In this document: positions 37,473 to 49,097 of the stretch, one piece after another
How the letters are laid out: the number at the start of each line of letters is the position of its first letter
How positions within the stretch are numbered: the first letter of the stretch is position 1
Source: Desulfobacterales bacterium
GTDB taxonomy: Bacteria; Desulfobacterota; Desulfobacteria; Desulfobacterales; UBA5616
DNA: 64,000 nucleotides
Assembly (NCBI GenBank): GCA_046483495.1
Contig: JAWODC010000044.1
Location: forward strand, 1-64,000
Reading direction: 5' to 3'
Notes under the pieces: model-generated
Told to the model about the DNA's origin: nothing
Databases searched by the model: none
What the model saw: the letters and a program-made list of their open reading frames with translations, nothing else
Translations under genes and position numbers: made by a program

Positions 37473-38483
37473 ATGCGCAAAACGATGATCAGATCAACCG
37501 GTAAATACCTACCCCCACGTTTAATCACGAACCACGATCTCACCCGGTGGATGGATACATCCGACGAATGGATTATCCAGCGAACCGGAATTGAGCAGCG
37601 CTACTGGATAGAGCAGGGCAAAGACACGGGAGCATCGGATTTGGGGTATGAGGCTTCTAAAATTGCTCTTGAAAAGGCCGGTTGGTCGGCAAATGATCTG
37701 GACATGATTATTTTCGCCACACTGAGCCCGGATATATTTTTCCCCGGTTCCGGTTGCCTGCTGCAGCACAAACTGGGTCTCGATACCACACCGGCCCTGG
37801 ATATTCGACAACAATGCACCGGATTCCTTTACGGCCTCAGCATTGCCGATGCATATATCCGCAGCGGTATGGCGGAACGGATTCTTTTGGTAGGAGCCGA
37901 AGTTCACAGTACCGGGTTGGACATTTCCACCCGGGGGCGCGATGTCGCCGTTATTTTTGGAGACGGTGCCGGAGCGGTGTGTATCGAAGCCGTCGAAAGC
38001 GACGAACCGATCGGTGTTCTGGCCACGGCGTTGCATGCACAGGGAGAACACTCGGAGGCCCTTTATACCGAAGCACCCGCTTCACGAGCCATTCCCCGAA
38101 TGACCAAAGAAATGATCGACGAAGGCCGCCATTTTCCGATTATGGACGGAAAAACGGTATTCAAGCTGGCCGTCAGAAGGCTTCCGGAAGTTGCTGAAGA
38201 AACGTTGGTGCAAGCCGGTTTGTCAAAAGATGATGTGGACCTGTACATTCCCCATCAGGCCAACCTGAGAATCAATCAGTTTTTTCAAAAGGCCATGGGA
38301 CTTCCGGATGAAAAGGTTTTCAACAATATTCAGCGATACGGCAACACCACAGCCGCGACGATTCCCATCGCCCTGGACGAGGCTCTTGAAATGAACCTTG
38401 TCGGAAAGGGAAGCACCTTGTGTTTTTTAGGTCTTGGAGCGGGGGTAACCTGGGGCAGCATTATTTTCCGGTTCGAATCTTGA
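37473..38483 (+). CDS. fabH: 3-oxoacyl-ACP synthase III
   Basis: DTSDEWI, QQCTGF, FGDGAGA, PHQAN, YGNT. Confidence 0.92.
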   Translation: MRKTMIRSTGKYLPPRLITNHDLTRWMDTSDEWIIQRTGIEQRYWIEQGKDTGASDLGYEASKIALEKAGWSANDLDMIIFATLSPDIFFPGSGCLLQHKLGLDTTPALDIRQQCTGFLYGLSIADAYIRSGMAERILLVGAEVHSTGLDISTRGRDVAVIFGDGAGAVCIEAVESDEPIGVLATALHAQGEHSEALYTEAPASRAIPRMTKEMIDEGRHFPIMDGKTVFKLAVRRLPEVAEETLVQAGLSKDDVDLYIPHQANLRINQFFQKAMGLPDEKVFNNIQRYGNTTAATIPIALDEALEMNLVGKGSTLCFLGLGAGVTWGSIIFRFES

Positions 38484-38505
38484 AGAGACCGGAGGTTTTG
38501 ATGGC

Positions 38506-38988
38506 TTACGGCAGGAGGTAAAACCCCAGTTCTTTATCGAACCGTTGTTTTTCGGCGAATTCAGCGCCGATAAAATGGCCTTTGACGGAGACGACCTTCA
38601 CCCTGCGCTTTAGCTCGGTTTTCTTTTTGTCGTCCAGCCGGAAAGTGACTTCCAAAATATCGCCTCTTCCCAGTTGATGAGGTGTGAGATTGCTGAATCC
38701 CATGCCGCCCATGGAGAGGTCTTCCACCATCAGATCGCCTTTTCTTTGATTTTTTAACAGCACGTATTCACCGGCAAGATTTACTTTTTTCCGGAAATAC
38801 CTTCGAAATTCTATGGCACAGGTGAATATTTTTCCACACCTGCACCGGACCTTGAGGGACTTTCCTGAATTCCGGTACTTTGCCGCCTCGATTTTTTTTG
38901 CGAAATTACAAAACGGGCAGGCGATTACGACGAATCCTTCTTGGTCAGGATAAAAAATGTGCAAGGGTTCGGATAACTTTATTTCCAT
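38506..38988 (-). CDS. Zn-ribbon plus PilZ domain protein
   Basis: CPFC...CRCG, RRYFRK and DLSMGG c-di-GMP motifs; likely start 38988. Confidence 0.85.
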   Translation of the reverse strand: MEIKLSEPLHIFYPDQEGFVVIACPFCNFAKKIEAAKYRNSGKSLKVRCRCGKIFTCAIEFRRYFRKKVNLAGEYVLLKNQRKGDLMVEDLSMGGMGFSNLTPHQLGRGDILEVTFRLDDKKKTELKRRVKVVSVKGHFIGAEFAEKQRFDKELGFYLLP

Positions 38989-39087
38989 CGGCTCACCCCA
39001 TTTTCGACCATTTTTCCGCACATTCCAGCCGCCTGGTGCCGTAATCATGATATGCCATCGGTGTCGGTTCCAGCAAATCCACTAAGG

Positions 39088-39273
39088 TCAACCTCTGGCA
39101 CAGGATATACTTTCAATCAGAATTTCCTGGATTTTTTCGATGATCCGGCATGTGTCGATACATTCCGGAAAGTTGCCCCGATCAGCACAGTGCCGACAGG
39201 GGCTTTCAGCCAAGTATCCGATATCGAAGTCAAATTTATAGTTAAAGTTGCGTTTGTTGTGATAATATTTCAT
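39088..39273 (-). CDS. Small cysteine-rich hypothetical protein
   Basis: SPCRHC...PECIDTC pattern in 61 aa. Confidence 0.55.
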   Translation of the reverse strand: MKYYHNKRNFNYKFDFDIGYLAESPCRHCADRGNFPECIDTCRIIEKIQEILIESISCARG

Positions 39274-39454
39274 TTTAAATCAATGTTCCCGGTTCAAAAA
39301 CGTACGAAGGATATCATATCGACACGGAAATCCCAACCCCTTTGCATCCGACAAAAAAAATGATATTCTTTTTTTTTTTAAACGGAAGATCTTGATACAC
39401 TGTTTTTAGCGTAGATAGCAAGAAGAAAACCCGGCCGAAAAGGAGTTTCATTCG

Positions 39455-40246
39455 ATGAACATCAGTAAGTTGTTTCGACGATCCATGCTGTTGTGGATTA
39501 TCCTGTTTACACTGGTATTGGTTTCACTGTTTACGTTGTCCATCTATTTTGGGTGGTTGTCGCTTACCGTGGATATTTTCGGCCTTTTCGTACCTTTCGG
39601 GGTTACGCTCGAAAACCATGCGGTCCAGGACCATATCCGGCATTTAAGAAACATTTTCCTGTTTTACGGAATTCCCGCCTATGCCGCCGTAACGGCTATA
39701 TGGATCATCGGCCTGTGGCTGGTCCTTGTTCGCAGCACGACACGCCGAATATCCCCGCACTTCCAACAACCGGTAAAGCCGGTAAGGCCCACGGCTAAAC
39801 CGGCTGCCGAAGAGCCGACACGGAAAATCGTTTACAAGACCGATGCATTCAAGGAAAAGCGCTTATACGCCGATCTGCTGTCGAAATTCCAGCGCGAAGG
39901 CCGATTTGTCGATTTTCTCTACGAGGATTTGGCGCTGTATACGGATGATCAAATCGGTGCAGCCGTAAGGAATATCCATGAAAACTGCAAACGGGTTCTG
40001 GAGCGGCACCTGAAATTGGCGCCGATCACCAACATTGAGGAGGGGGAAAAGATCACTCTCAAAAAGGCGTTCGATATGGATGCCTACAGCCTGGTCGGTG
40101 AGGTAAAAGGAGAGCCGCCTTTTGAGGGTATCGTTCGACACAAGGGGTGGCGCATCAACACATGGGCTATGCCGGATTTTTCCACAGGTTCCAATTTCGA
40201 TATCATCCAACCGGCTGAAATAGAACTGGAATGGAAGGAGTTATAA
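39455..40246 (+). CDS. Membrane-anchored DUF2760-like protein
   Basis: N-terminal TM segments; FQREGRFVDFL...DDQIGAAVR.IH...GEPPFEG...HKGW; AAGGAG RBS. Confidence 0.8.
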   Translation: MNISKLFRRSMLLWIILFTLVLVSLFTLSIYFGWLSLTVDIFGLFVPFGVTLENHAVQDHIRHLRNIFLFYGIPAYAAVTAIWIIGLWLVLVRSTTRRISPHFQQPVKPVRPTAKPAAEEPTRKIVYKTDAFKEKRLYADLLSKFQREGRFVDFLYEDLALYTDDQIGAAVRNIHENCKRVLERHLKLAPITNIEEGEKITLKKAFDMDAYSLVGEVKGEPPFEGIVRHKGWRINTWAMPDFSTGSNFDIIQPAEIELEWKEL

Positions 40247-40249
40247 TCA

Positions 40250-43027
40250 TTGGATTTCAATGATAAGCGGTATATTGTCGGCATCGATTTGGGCACTACC
40301 AATTCCGCCGTTTCATTTGTGGATCTCGCCAATGCCGAAGAGGGCCGCGAAAAGGTCGAAATTTTTCATATTCCCCAGTTGACGGGAAAATCCGAAATCG
40401 GCCGACTGAATGTTCTGCCGTCGTTTTACTACATCCCTGGAACGTATGATATAGCTGAAGCCGCCATAAGGTTGCCCTGGCCCACCCGCAGCAATAATTT
40501 CGCCGGCCTTTATGCACGTGAGCAAGGGGCCAATGTGCCGTCACGGCTTGTTTCCTCTGCAAAGAGCTGGCTTTGCCACCGGGGGGTCGACCGAAAGGCC
40601 CGAATCCTGCCATGGGGAGCCGATGACGATGTTAAAAAAGTGTCTCCTGTCGAAGCCGGCGCCGCTTACCTCGAGCATATCCGTAAAGCGTGGAACAGCT
40701 ATCAGGAAGATGAGGACGGATTCCTCGAGAATCAGGAGGTCATCATCACTGTTCCGGCATCGTTTGACGAGGTGGCAAGAGATCTTACCGTTGAAAGTGC
40801 AAAGCTTGCCGGAATTCCGGAGTTTACGCTCCTGGAGGAACCCCTGGCGGCATTTTACAGCTGGCTGATGCAGCACGATGCGGATTGGCAAAACGTTGTG
40901 AAGCCTGACGACCTCATTCTGATTTGCGACGTCGGCGGCGGAACCACGGATTTTACGCTTATCACTTTGAAAGAAGAAGAGGGGGTGAGCGGGTTTGAAA
41001 GAATCGCCGTGGGGGATCATCTGATACTCGGCGGCGACAACATGGATGTCGCTCTTGCCGGACTGCTGGAAAAGAGGCTTTCTTCCACCCTTTCTCCGGA
41101 CCGATGGAAAGCATTGTGCAATCAATCCCGCCAGGCAAAAGAAGATATACTCGAAGGCTGCAGTGATGCCAAACGGATTACACTGGTTGGAAAGGGGCGA
41201 CAGCTGATCGCCGGAACACTGGCGGTCGATCTGCATCGTCAGGATGTGGAACATTGCGTTCTGGAAACATTTTTCCCCTTTGTCCGCGAAGATGATCCGA
41301 TACACGCGACGGATATCGACAAAAAAACAGAAGCGTTCGGCCTTCCATATGAACCAATCCAGGCCGTAACGCGGCATATCTCGTTTTTTTTGCAGCGCCA
41401 CCAGGCCGATATCAGACACGTCCTTAAGAAGGAAAAAAATATACCCGATCTCGTGCTGTTCAACGGCGGTGTTCTAAAACCGGGAATAATACGCGATCGA
41501 ATCATCCATGCCATCAGCCGATGGGACCGTTTGGAAGGCGGTCGAGAACCCCGGGTGATGGAGAATCCGTTTCCGGATCTGGCCGTTGCCATGGGAGCGT
41601 CTTACTACGGTCTGGTAAAGACGGGACGAGGCGTTCGAGTAGGAAGCGGGAGCGCAAGAGGGTATTATATGGGCGTTACCAAATCCGCCGAAGGCCCGGA
41701 TCATCAGCGGCACGCCATTTGCCTGGTCGAAAGAGGGCTGCAGGAGGGCACAAAAGTGACCCTGGAAAACACATATGACGTTTTGGCCAATCAACCGGTG
41801 GAATTCGATATGTACAGCTCGAGTTTCCGGGCCGGCGATGCCGTCGGTGATATCATCCCTGTGGATGATTCGTTGTCCCCTTTACCGTCCATTAAAACCG
41901 TAATCCAATTTGGACAGAAAAGCCGAAAAACGAAAATACCGGTTTTTATCGAAGCCGAATATACCGAAGTGGGAACCTTGTCCCTGTGGTGCCGATCGTT
42001 GGTTAGCCCCCATCGATGGCAACTGCAGTTCGACCTGAGAAATGTGGATCGCACACTGGAGATCAGGGATGAAACCGTATACGAAGAAACCACCGTCAAC
42101 GAGGTCCAGGAAACGGTAAGAGCCGCATTCGCCGCCCGGTCGACTATACATCCGCTCGATTCGTTGATGAAGGACATCGCAGGCATTATCGGACGCAAAA
42201 AGGACGACTGGCCGCTCGGGCTGATTCGAAAAATCGCCGATATATTGGTTGAAAACACGCAATGGCGCAAAGCCGGTCCGGATCATGAACGCCGGTGGTT
42301 GAACCTTGCGGGGTTTTGCCTTAGACCCGGATTTGGTGAAGGATTCGACGATCATCGTATGAAAAAAGTCTGGCGCATCTATGGAAAGGGACCCCTTCGC
42401 GCTAATCAACCCCAGGTTCGAACGGAATGGTGGGTCTTCTGGCGGCGTATTGCCGGTGGACTGAATGCGGGACAGCAGAAACAGATCATGCAGGATGCCG
42501 CTCATTGGGTGATGCCCAAAAAGGGAAAGGTCAAGAAGTTAACGCCACATGAGCGAATCGAGATTTGGATGGCCGCCGCGGCCATGGAACGGACGGTGGT
42601 GGACGAAAAGATCAAATGGGGTCGGTATTTTTTATCGGAGCTGAAACCGGGCAAATACATGATGCAGCAATTATGGTCTCTTTCCCGTCTGGGTGCCAGA
42701 GAGCTTTTATACGGTAGTGCAGACCGGGTCGTGCCGGTAAACGAGATTGGGTTATGGATACGCCGTCTGATGTCCCTGGACTGGAAAAATGATATTCCTG
42801 TGGTGAATGTTGTTGCTCAGATGGCCCGAAAGACAGGAGACCGAACGCGGGATCTGGATGATCGGCAGCGCGATGACATCCTGAATTGGGCGGCCTCGCA
42901 TGGAGCACCCGAATCGGTTCTGAAAATAGTAAAAAAGCCTGTTCCCATTGAAAAAGGCGAGAAAAATGTGTTATTTGGAGATGCTCTGCCTTCGGGGTTG
43001 GTATTGCGTGAAGGCCGGGATTACTGA
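40250..43027 (+). CDS. Atypical large Hsp70-family protein with a C-terminal DUF3731-like domain
   Basis: GIDLGTTNS, TVPASFDE, LLEEP, DVGGGTTD, HLILGGDNMD; C-terminal WLNLAGFCLRPGFG, WRRIAGGL. Confidence 0.88.
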   Translation: MDFNDKRYIVGIDLGTTNSAVSFVDLANAEEGREKVEIFHIPQLTGKSEIGRLNVLPSFYYIPGTYDIAEAAIRLPWPTRSNNFAGLYAREQGANVPSRLVSSAKSWLCHRGVDRKARILPWGADDDVKKVSPVEAGAAYLEHIRKAWNSYQEDEDGFLENQEVIITVPASFDEVARDLTVESAKLAGIPEFTLLEEPLAAFYSWLMQHDADWQNVVKPDDLILICDVGGGTTDFTLITLKEEEGVSGFERIAVGDHLILGGDNMDVALAGLLEKRLSSTLSPDRWKALCNQSRQAKEDILEGCSDAKRITLVGKGRQLIAGTLAVDLHRQDVEHCVLETFFPFVREDDPIHATDIDKKTEAFGLPYEPIQAVTRHISFFLQRHQADIRHVLKKEKNIPDLVLFNGGVLKPGIIRDRIIHAISRWDRLEGGREPRVMENPFPDLAVAMGASYYGLVKTGRGVRVGSGSARGYYMGVTKSAEGPDHQRHAICLVERGLQEGTKVTLENTYDVLANQPVEFDMYSSSFRAGDAVGDIIPVDDSLSPLPSIKTVIQFGQKSRKTKIPVFIEAEYTEVGTLSLWCRSLVSPHRWQLQFDLRNVDRTLEIRDETVYEETTVNEVQETVRAAFAARSTIHPLDSLMKDIAGIIGRKKDDWPLGLIRKIADILVENTQWRKAGPDHERRWLNLAGFCLRPGFGEGFDDHRMKKVWRIYGKGPLRANQPQVRTEWWVFWRRIAGGLNAGQQKQIMQDAAHWVMPKKGKVKKLTPHERIEIWMAAAAMERTVVDEKIKWGRYFLSELKPGKYMMQQLWSLSRLGARELLYGSADRVVPVNEIGLWIRRLMSLDWKNDIPVVNVVAQMARKTGDRTRDLDDRQRDDILNWAASHGAPESVLKIVKKPVPIEKGEKNVLFGDALPSGLVLREGRDY

Positions 43028-43052
43028 AGGTGGCTTCTTTTAGGAGAAAATA

Positions 43053-43568
43053 ATGCGCATCGGTATCGGGCATGATATTCACAAACTCGTGCCAAATCGA
43101 AAATTGATTCTCGGCGGCGTCGATATACCGTTTGTAAAAGGCCTGACGGGGCACTCGGACGCCGACGTACTGGTGCATGCGGTCTGTGATGCCCTGTTGG
43201 GAGCGGCTTCTTTGGGAGATATCGGAATGCATTTTCCGGACACGGACGACCGTTTTTTGAACATCGACAGCATCGAACTGCTGGGCCGAACGGGCCGCCT
43301 CCTGGAAAAACACGGATTTGCCGTAATCAACCTGGATGCCACCGTTTTTGCCGAATTCCCCAAACTGGGGGGCTATCGAAGCAGAATGGTGAAAAATATC
43401 GCTGAGGCCCTTCACATTCGAAAGGACCGGGTCAACGTGAAATTCACCACCACGGAAGGCTTGGGATTCGTTGGAAACGGATCCGGCATGATGGCGCATT
43501 GCATCGCCCTGATCACATCACGTTCAAACGACCGGACGTCATTTAAAGACCCGGCCCCGGGCATATGA
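43053..43568 (+). CDS. ispF: 2-C-methyl-D-erythritol 2,4-cyclodiphosphate synthase
   Basis: MRIGIGHDIH, GHSDADV, GDIGMHFP, TTTEGLG. Confidence 0.96.
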   Translation: MRIGIGHDIHKLVPNRKLILGGVDIPFVKGLTGHSDADVLVHAVCDALLGAASLGDIGMHFPDTDDRFLNIDSIELLGRTGRLLEKHGFAVINLDATVFAEFPKLGGYRSRMVKNIAEALHIRKDRVNVKFTTTEGLGFVGNGSGMMAHCIALITSRSNDRTSFKDPAPGI

Positions 43569-43674
43569 TGCGCCGAAAACATGCACTCCCAGGGCGAGGC
43601 GACAACCGGTAAGGGCAATTCGAAGTCAGCGGCAAAAACCAGGCCACTCAGCGTGTTAAAAGGATTTATGAAAA

Positions 43675-45120
43675 ATGTCTATACGGGTTTACAATACGAT
43701 GTCAGGCAAAAAGGAAACGTTTGAGCCGATGGAGCCCGGCAAAGTGAAGATGTACGTGTGTGGTCCTACGGTATACGATGCCTGTCATATCGGGCATGCA
43801 CGATCCGTTGTCGTATTCGATGTGATCACCCGGTATCTCAGGGCCGTCGGTTACGAGGTCCTCTACGTCCGGAACTTTACGGATATCGACGACAAAATCA
43901 TCAACAGGGCCCAACACTTAAACATTTCCACCGAGGTGCTGGCAAAACGGTACATCGAAGAATTTTACTCGGATATGGATGCGCTGAATGCCGCCCGGCC
44001 CACACGGGAGCCGAAAGCCACCGACCATATCGATGACATTATCACCGTGATCGAAAGGCTGATGGATAAGGGGCTGGCCTATACAAGCGGCCGGGACGTC
44101 TATTTCGCAGTGGATCGCTTCAATGATTATGGAAAGCTGTCCGGCAGGAAACCGGAGGATATGATCGCCGGCGCCAGGGTCGAGGTCGATCCGGGGAAGC
44201 GAAACCCTCTGGATTTTGTCTTATGGAAAAGTGCAAAACCCGGAGAACCAAAATGGGAAAGTCCATGGGGGGAGGGGCGCCCCGGGTGGCATATTGAATG
44301 CTCGGCCATGAGCAGCGCATTTTTGGGAGAAACATTCGATATACACGGCGGCGGCAAGGATTTGATTTTTCCGCATCATGAAAATGAAATCGCCCAATCG
44401 GAGGGGGCGTTCGGCAAACCCTTTGCCCGGTATTGGATACACAACGGCTTCGTCAATATCGACAAAGAAAAGATGTCGAAATCCTTAAATAATTTTTTAA
44501 TGATCAAAGATGCGATCAAATCGTATCATCCGGAGGCCGTGCGCTTGTTTTTGCTTTCGAACCATTACCGAAGCCCCATTGACTATTCGCAGGCTGCGAT
44601 GGAGGATGCAGGCGCCGGATTGGACAGGCTTTATACGCTGATCGGACGATTGGACGAGGCCTTATCCGGCATGCCTCGAGACGGAGGAGAACCTGACGAT
44701 GGCGATACGTGGAAACGATTCCGATCGGCCATGGATGATGATTTCAATACGGCACAGGGCATCGGCATTCTGTTCGATGCAGCCCGGACTGCAAACCGCA
44801 TATTGGACGAGGCCGCCGGAAATCCGTCGGAGAAAAACATCCGGCTGTTGCAGGCAATTCGAAACGATATCGAGCGCATCGGATCGGTTTTGGGAATCCT
44901 GTCCCATTCGCCGGACGTTTATTTCGATCAGAAAAAAAACCTGGTCCTGGAGAAAGAAGCCCTGGACCCGGCGGAAATTGAACGACTCATCAGTGAAAGA
45001 AACACGGCACGAAAACAGAAAGAATGGGCCAAAGCCGACGGCATTCGGCAAACCCTTGCCGAAAAAAACATTATTCTGGAAGACCGGCCCGACGGGACCA
45101 TTTGGAAAGTAAAAGATTAA
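43675..45120 (+). CDS. cysS: Cysteine--tRNA ligase
   Basis: [30 protein letters not shown]. Confidence 0.97.
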   Translation: MSIRVYNTMSGKKETFEPMEPGKVKMYVCGPTVYDACHIGHARSVVVFDVITRYLRAVGYEVLYVRNFTDIDDKIINRAQHLNISTEVLAKRYIEEFYSDMDALNAARPTREPKATDHIDDIITVIERLMDKGLAYTSGRDVYFAVDRFNDYGKLSGRKPEDMIAGARVEVDPGKRNPLDFVLWKSAKPGEPKWESPWGEGRPGWHIECSAMSSAFLGETFDIHGGGKDLIFPHHENEIAQSEGAFGKPFARYWIHNGFVNIDKEKMSKSLNNFLMIKDAIKSYHPEAVRLFLLSNHYRSPIDYSQAAMEDAGAGLDRLYTLIGRLDEALSGMPRDGGEPDDGDTWKRFRSAMDDDFNTAQGIGILFDAARTANRILDEAAGNPSEKNIRLLQAIRNDIERIGSVLGILSHSPDVYFDQKKNLVLEKEALDPAEIERLISERNTARKQKEWAKADGIRQTLAEKNIILEDRPDGTIWKVKD

Positions 45121-47114
45121 TGACCGATTTTACACTTGTATCGAACTTCAATCCCACAGGGGACCAACCCGGCGCCATTGAAACGTTGAGCCGCAATGTA
45201 CGTGAAAATAAAAAACATCAGGTGCTTCTCGGTGTTACAGGATCGGGAAAAACGTTTACCATGGCACATGTCATCGCTAATATCGGAAAACCTGTTCTGG
45301 TGATCGCGCCGAATAAGACACTGGCTGCTCAGCTTTACAACGAATTCAAATCCTTTTTCCCCGAGAATGCCGTTGAATATTTTGTCAGCTACTATGATTA
45401 CTATCAGCCCGAAGCGTATATCCCGGCAAGCGACACCTATATCCAGAAGGACTCCTCCATCAACGAAATGATCGACAAGCTGCGCCATTCCGCCACCCGC
45501 TCCGTTCTCTCGAGACGGGATGTCATCGTCGTCGCCAGTGTATCCTGCATTTTCGGGCTCGGCGCTCCGGAAGATTACCTGAATATGCGGGTCGTGGTGA
45601 AAAAGGATATGGCCAAAAACCGGGATGCACTGCTGGCGGATCTGATTGCGATACATTATGAGCGAAACGACATCGATTTTTATCGCGGCGTGTTCAGGGT
45701 AAGGGGAGACCGGGTGGAAATTTTTCCCGCCTATGAAGAAAATCTGGCCATCCGAATCGATTTTTTTGGTGATGATATCGATCAAATCGCCGAAATAGAT
45801 CCCCTGAGAGGAACCGTGAGGCGCTTGCTGCAATCGGCAACCATTTATCCCGCCAGCCACTTCGTCACAGGACGGAAGACGCTTGAACGGGCGCGGGAAA
45901 CGATCTTGTCCGAACTCAAGGATCGAATCGCCTATTTCAGAAATGAAAGCCTGCTCATCGAAGCCCAGCGAATCGAGGAACGTACACATTTCGATCTTGA
46001 AATGATGATGGAGCTCGGGTATTGCAACGGCATCGAAAACTATTCACGGCACCTCACCCGAAGAAGACCCGGTGAACCCCCGCCGACGCTGCTGGACTAT
46101 TTTCCGGATGATTTTATCACGATAATCGATGAAAGCCATATCGCCGTCCCACAGATTCGGGGCATGTACAACGGCGACCGTGCCCGAAAAGAAACGCTGG
46201 TCCGATATGGTTTTCGGTTGCCCTCCGCCCTGGACAACCGCCCCCTTCGGTTCGATGAATTTAAATCCAAGGTCAATCAGGTCATCCATGTCTCGGCGAC
46301 TCCGGCCGAATACGAGTTGGAAAACGCCGGAAACGATGTCGTGGAACAGATTGTCAGGCCGACCGGTCTCATCGACCCGGAAATTATCGTGAAGAAAGCC
46401 ACCCATCAGGTGGATGACCTCTACGAGGAAATTCTACGCCGAAAAAACAACGGGGATCGTGTCCTGGTCACCACACTGACAAAGCGAATGGCTGAGGATC
46501 TGACGGAGTATTACGCCGATTTGGGTGTTCGGGTCCGGTATCTGCATTCCGACATCAGCACCTTGGAGCGGATGGATATCATCCGTGAATTGCGGATGGG
46601 GGCTTTCGATGTGCTGGTCGGCATCAATCTCTTGAGAGAGGGACTGGACATACCGGAAGTGTCGTTGGTCGCCATCCTGGATGCCGATAAGGAAGGCTTT
46701 CTCAGGTCGGAACGGTCTCTGATTCAAACCTGCGGTCGGGCTGCCCGGAATGTTTCAGGGCAAATCATCATGTATGCCGATACCATAACCCGTTCCATGC
46801 AGCACGCAATCGATGAAACCGATCGGCGGCGAAAAATTCAAAAGGCGTATAACCGTTTGCATAATATAACTCCCGCCTCCATACAAAAGGATATATCCTC
46901 CATTTTTGAAAGGGTGTTCGAAGAAGACTACGTGACCGTACCCAAAGTAGAAGAGCCGACCGCCCCGTTCGAATCGATCGAGAATGTCGACCTTATGATA
47001 CGAAACCTCGAAAAGGAGATGAAAAAAGCCGCCAGAAAACTTGAATTCGAGAAAGCAGCCGAACTCCGGGACCGAATAAAATCACTGAAGCAGCGGCTGG
47101 TGTTTGACCTATGA
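45120..47114 (+). CDS. uvrB: Excinuclease ABC subunit B
   Basis: Start ATG overlaps the cysS stop; [35 protein letters not shown]. Confidence 0.97.
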   Translation: MTDFTLVSNFNPTGDQPGAIETLSRNVRENKKHQVLLGVTGSGKTFTMAHVIANIGKPVLVIAPNKTLAAQLYNEFKSFFPENAVEYFVSYYDYYQPEAYIPASDTYIQKDSSINEMIDKLRHSATRSVLSRRDVIVVASVSCIFGLGAPEDYLNMRVVVKKDMAKNRDALLADLIAIHYERNDIDFYRGVFRVRGDRVEIFPAYEENLAIRIDFFGDDIDQIAEIDPLRGTVRRLLQSATIYPASHFVTGRKTLERARETILSELKDRIAYFRNESLLIEAQRIEERTHFDLEMMMELGYCNGIENYSRHLTRRRPGEPPPTLLDYFPDDFITIIDESHIAVPQIRGMYNGDRARKETLVRYGFRLPSALDNRPLRFDEFKSKVNQVIHVSATPAEYELENAGNDVVEQIVRPTGLIDPEIIVKKATHQVDDLYEEILRRKNNGDRVLVTTLTKRMAEDLTEYYADLGVRVRYLHSDISTLERMDIIRELRMGAFDVLVGINLLREGLDIPEVSLVAILDADKEGFLRSERSLIQTCGRAARNVSGQIIMYADTITRSMQHAIDETDRRRKIQKAYNRLHNITPASIQKDISSIFERVFEEDYVTVPKVEEPTAPFESIENVDLMIRNLEKEMKKAARKLEFEKAAELRDRIKSLKQRLVFDL

Positions 47115-48940
47115 ACGATTTTGTGATGGAAAAAGCCGCCCACACGCCTTCCGATTCCGGCGTCTACCTCATGAAAGATGCCGACGGCCGCGTTATCTAC
47201 GTGGGTAAGGCCCTGAATTTGAAAAAAAGGCTGGCCTCCTATTTTATTCGCAACGGACGTAAAGATGCAAAGACCTCCGTCTTGTTGAAGCATGTCGTTG
47301 ACTTAGAGACCATCATCACAGGCACCGAAAAAGAGGCTCTGATTCTCGAATCCAATCTCATTAAGAAATACAGGCCCCGCTACAATGTCGTCCTGAAGGA
47401 TGACAAGCGATATCCCTCCCTCATGATCGATTACAGGGAGGATTTTCCGAATATACGTGTCGTCCGAAAAGTTAAAAATGACGGCTGCATTTATTTCGGA
47501 CCGTTTTCTTCCGCACAGGCGGTAAGGGACACCCTGAAATTCATTCACAAGACGTTTAAGATCCGCAAGTGCAAATCCGAGCTGATTGAGCATCGCGACC
47601 GTCCGTGTCTCAATTATCAAATGAACACATGTCTTGCACCGTGCTGCATGAAGGTTTCCAAAGACGTGTACCGACAGATGATCGATGATGTTGTGCTGTT
47701 TCTCAGAGGGAAAGCACCCGACCTCATTCGAAAAATAAAATCAGAAATGACGAGCGCCGCTGAAAACAACAATTTTGAAAAAGCAGCTGAACTTCGTGAC
47801 AGAATGTTCGCCCTGGAAAAAACGCTCGAAAAGCAAGTTGCGGCGACTTCCGATTTTAAAGACCGCGACGTGATCGGGCTGGCATCGGACGGCCTTCTTT
47901 CGACGATTACCCTGTTGACGGTTCGAAACGGTTTTCTGAAAGGCGCCGGAAACTTTCATTTTAACGAAAGCGCGGAAACGCCGGCCGAACGGGTTGCCTC
48001 TTTTATTAAACAATACTACGAAAAATTCCATTTTTCACCGGAGGAAATTTTGCTGTCGATACCTCTGCCGTCGTCCGGTATTCTCGAAGACGTTTTGGCC
48101 GCCATTCTTCATAAAAAAATACGAATTAGACACCCATATCGCGGTGAAAAAAAGCGTTTGGTGGAAATGGCGGTTCAAAATGCCCAAACCGCGCTTCGGG
48201 ATGCCAAATCCTCGGGTGCGGCAGCGGAGGAGATTTTGAAAAGGCTGCAGTGGCGCCTTGACTTGCAGCGGCTACCGAACCGCATCGAATGCATCGACAA
48301 TTCCAATATTTCGGGCGATAGTGCCGCGGCGGCGATGGTTGTCTTTGAAAAGGGTATTCCCAAAAAATCCGATTATCGGAAATATCACATTAAAACGGTT
48401 CAAAAGCCGGATGACTATGCCACCATGTGGGAAATTCTGCACCGTCGATTCGTTAAGCACGGCTGGAAAACATCCGAAGATCCTTTGCCGGATCTGCTGA
48501 TCGTCGACGGCGGCAAAGGCCAGTTGAATATCGCCGTCGATGTGGTGACCGCACTGGGCCTTTACAACCGCTTCGATATTATTTCAATTGCCAAAAAAGA
48601 TGAAACGAAAGGGGAGGGCGAAGATAAGGTTTACAAGCCGAAGCGCGCCAATGCGGTTGCATTCGGAAAAGAGCACGATCTGCTCCTTTTCATTCAGCGG
48701 ATCAGGGACGAGTCACACCGGTTTGCCATCACGTTTCACCGTCGAAAAAGCAGAAACCGAGTCCTGCAATCCGAATTGGACGGCATTCCGGGGGTCGGCA
48801 TGAAAAGAAAAAAAAACCTACTCAGGCATTTCAAAGGCATTCGGCGGATCGGGGCGGCTTCGATCGATGAATTGTGCCGGGTCCCCGGGATGAACCGCAA
48901 GGCCGCTGAATCAGTGTATTCTGCATTCCACAAAGGGTAA
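47111..48940 (+). CDS. uvrC: Excinuclease ABC subunit C
   Basis: GVY...[25 protein letters not shown], HhH. Confidence 0.97.
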   Translation: MNDFVMEKAAHTPSDSGVYLMKDADGRVIYVGKALNLKKRLASYFIRNGRKDAKTSVLLKHVVDLETIITGTEKEALILESNLIKKYRPRYNVVLKDDKRYPSLMIDYREDFPNIRVVRKVKNDGCIYFGPFSSAQAVRDTLKFIHKTFKIRKCKSELIEHRDRPCLNYQMNTCLAPCCMKVSKDVYRQMIDDVVLFLRGKAPDLIRKIKSEMTSAAENNNFEKAAELRDRMFALEKTLEKQVAATSDFKDRDVIGLASDGLLSTITLLTVRNGFLKGAGNFHFNESAETPAERVASFIKQYYEKFHFSPEEILLSIPLPSSGILEDVLAAILHKKIRIRHPYRGEKKRLVEMAVQNAQTALRDAKSSGAAAEEILKRLQWRLDLQRLPNRIECIDNSNISGDSAAAAMVVFEKGIPKKSDYRKYHIKTVQKPDDYATMWEILHRRFVKHGWKTSEDPLPDLLIVDGGKGQLNIAVDVVTALGLYNRFDIISIAKKDETKGEGEDKVYKPKRANAVAFGKEHDLLLFIQRIRDESHRFAITFHRRKSRNRVLQSELDGIPGVGMKRKKNLLRHFKGIRRIGAASIDELCRVPGMNRKAAESVYSAFHKG

Positions 48941-48963
48941 AACCGGACATCGGCTCGGCTCCG

Positions 48964-48994
48964 CCATTCCGCCCTCGAAAGAGGGCGGGAGTGG
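48964..48994. terminator. Hairpin between convergent uvrC and mdh
   Basis: TCCGCCCTC-GAAA-GAGGGCGGGA stem with a GNRA tetraloop. Confidence 0.55.
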
Positions 48995-49097
48995 AGGAAA
49001 CCTTGCCTTAACCTGAAACGAATTTTCTCATTTCCGGATGGGTATTTTCCAAGCCGACAACGCCATGGCAGGCAACGCTTGAACAGTGCTGAAAAGG

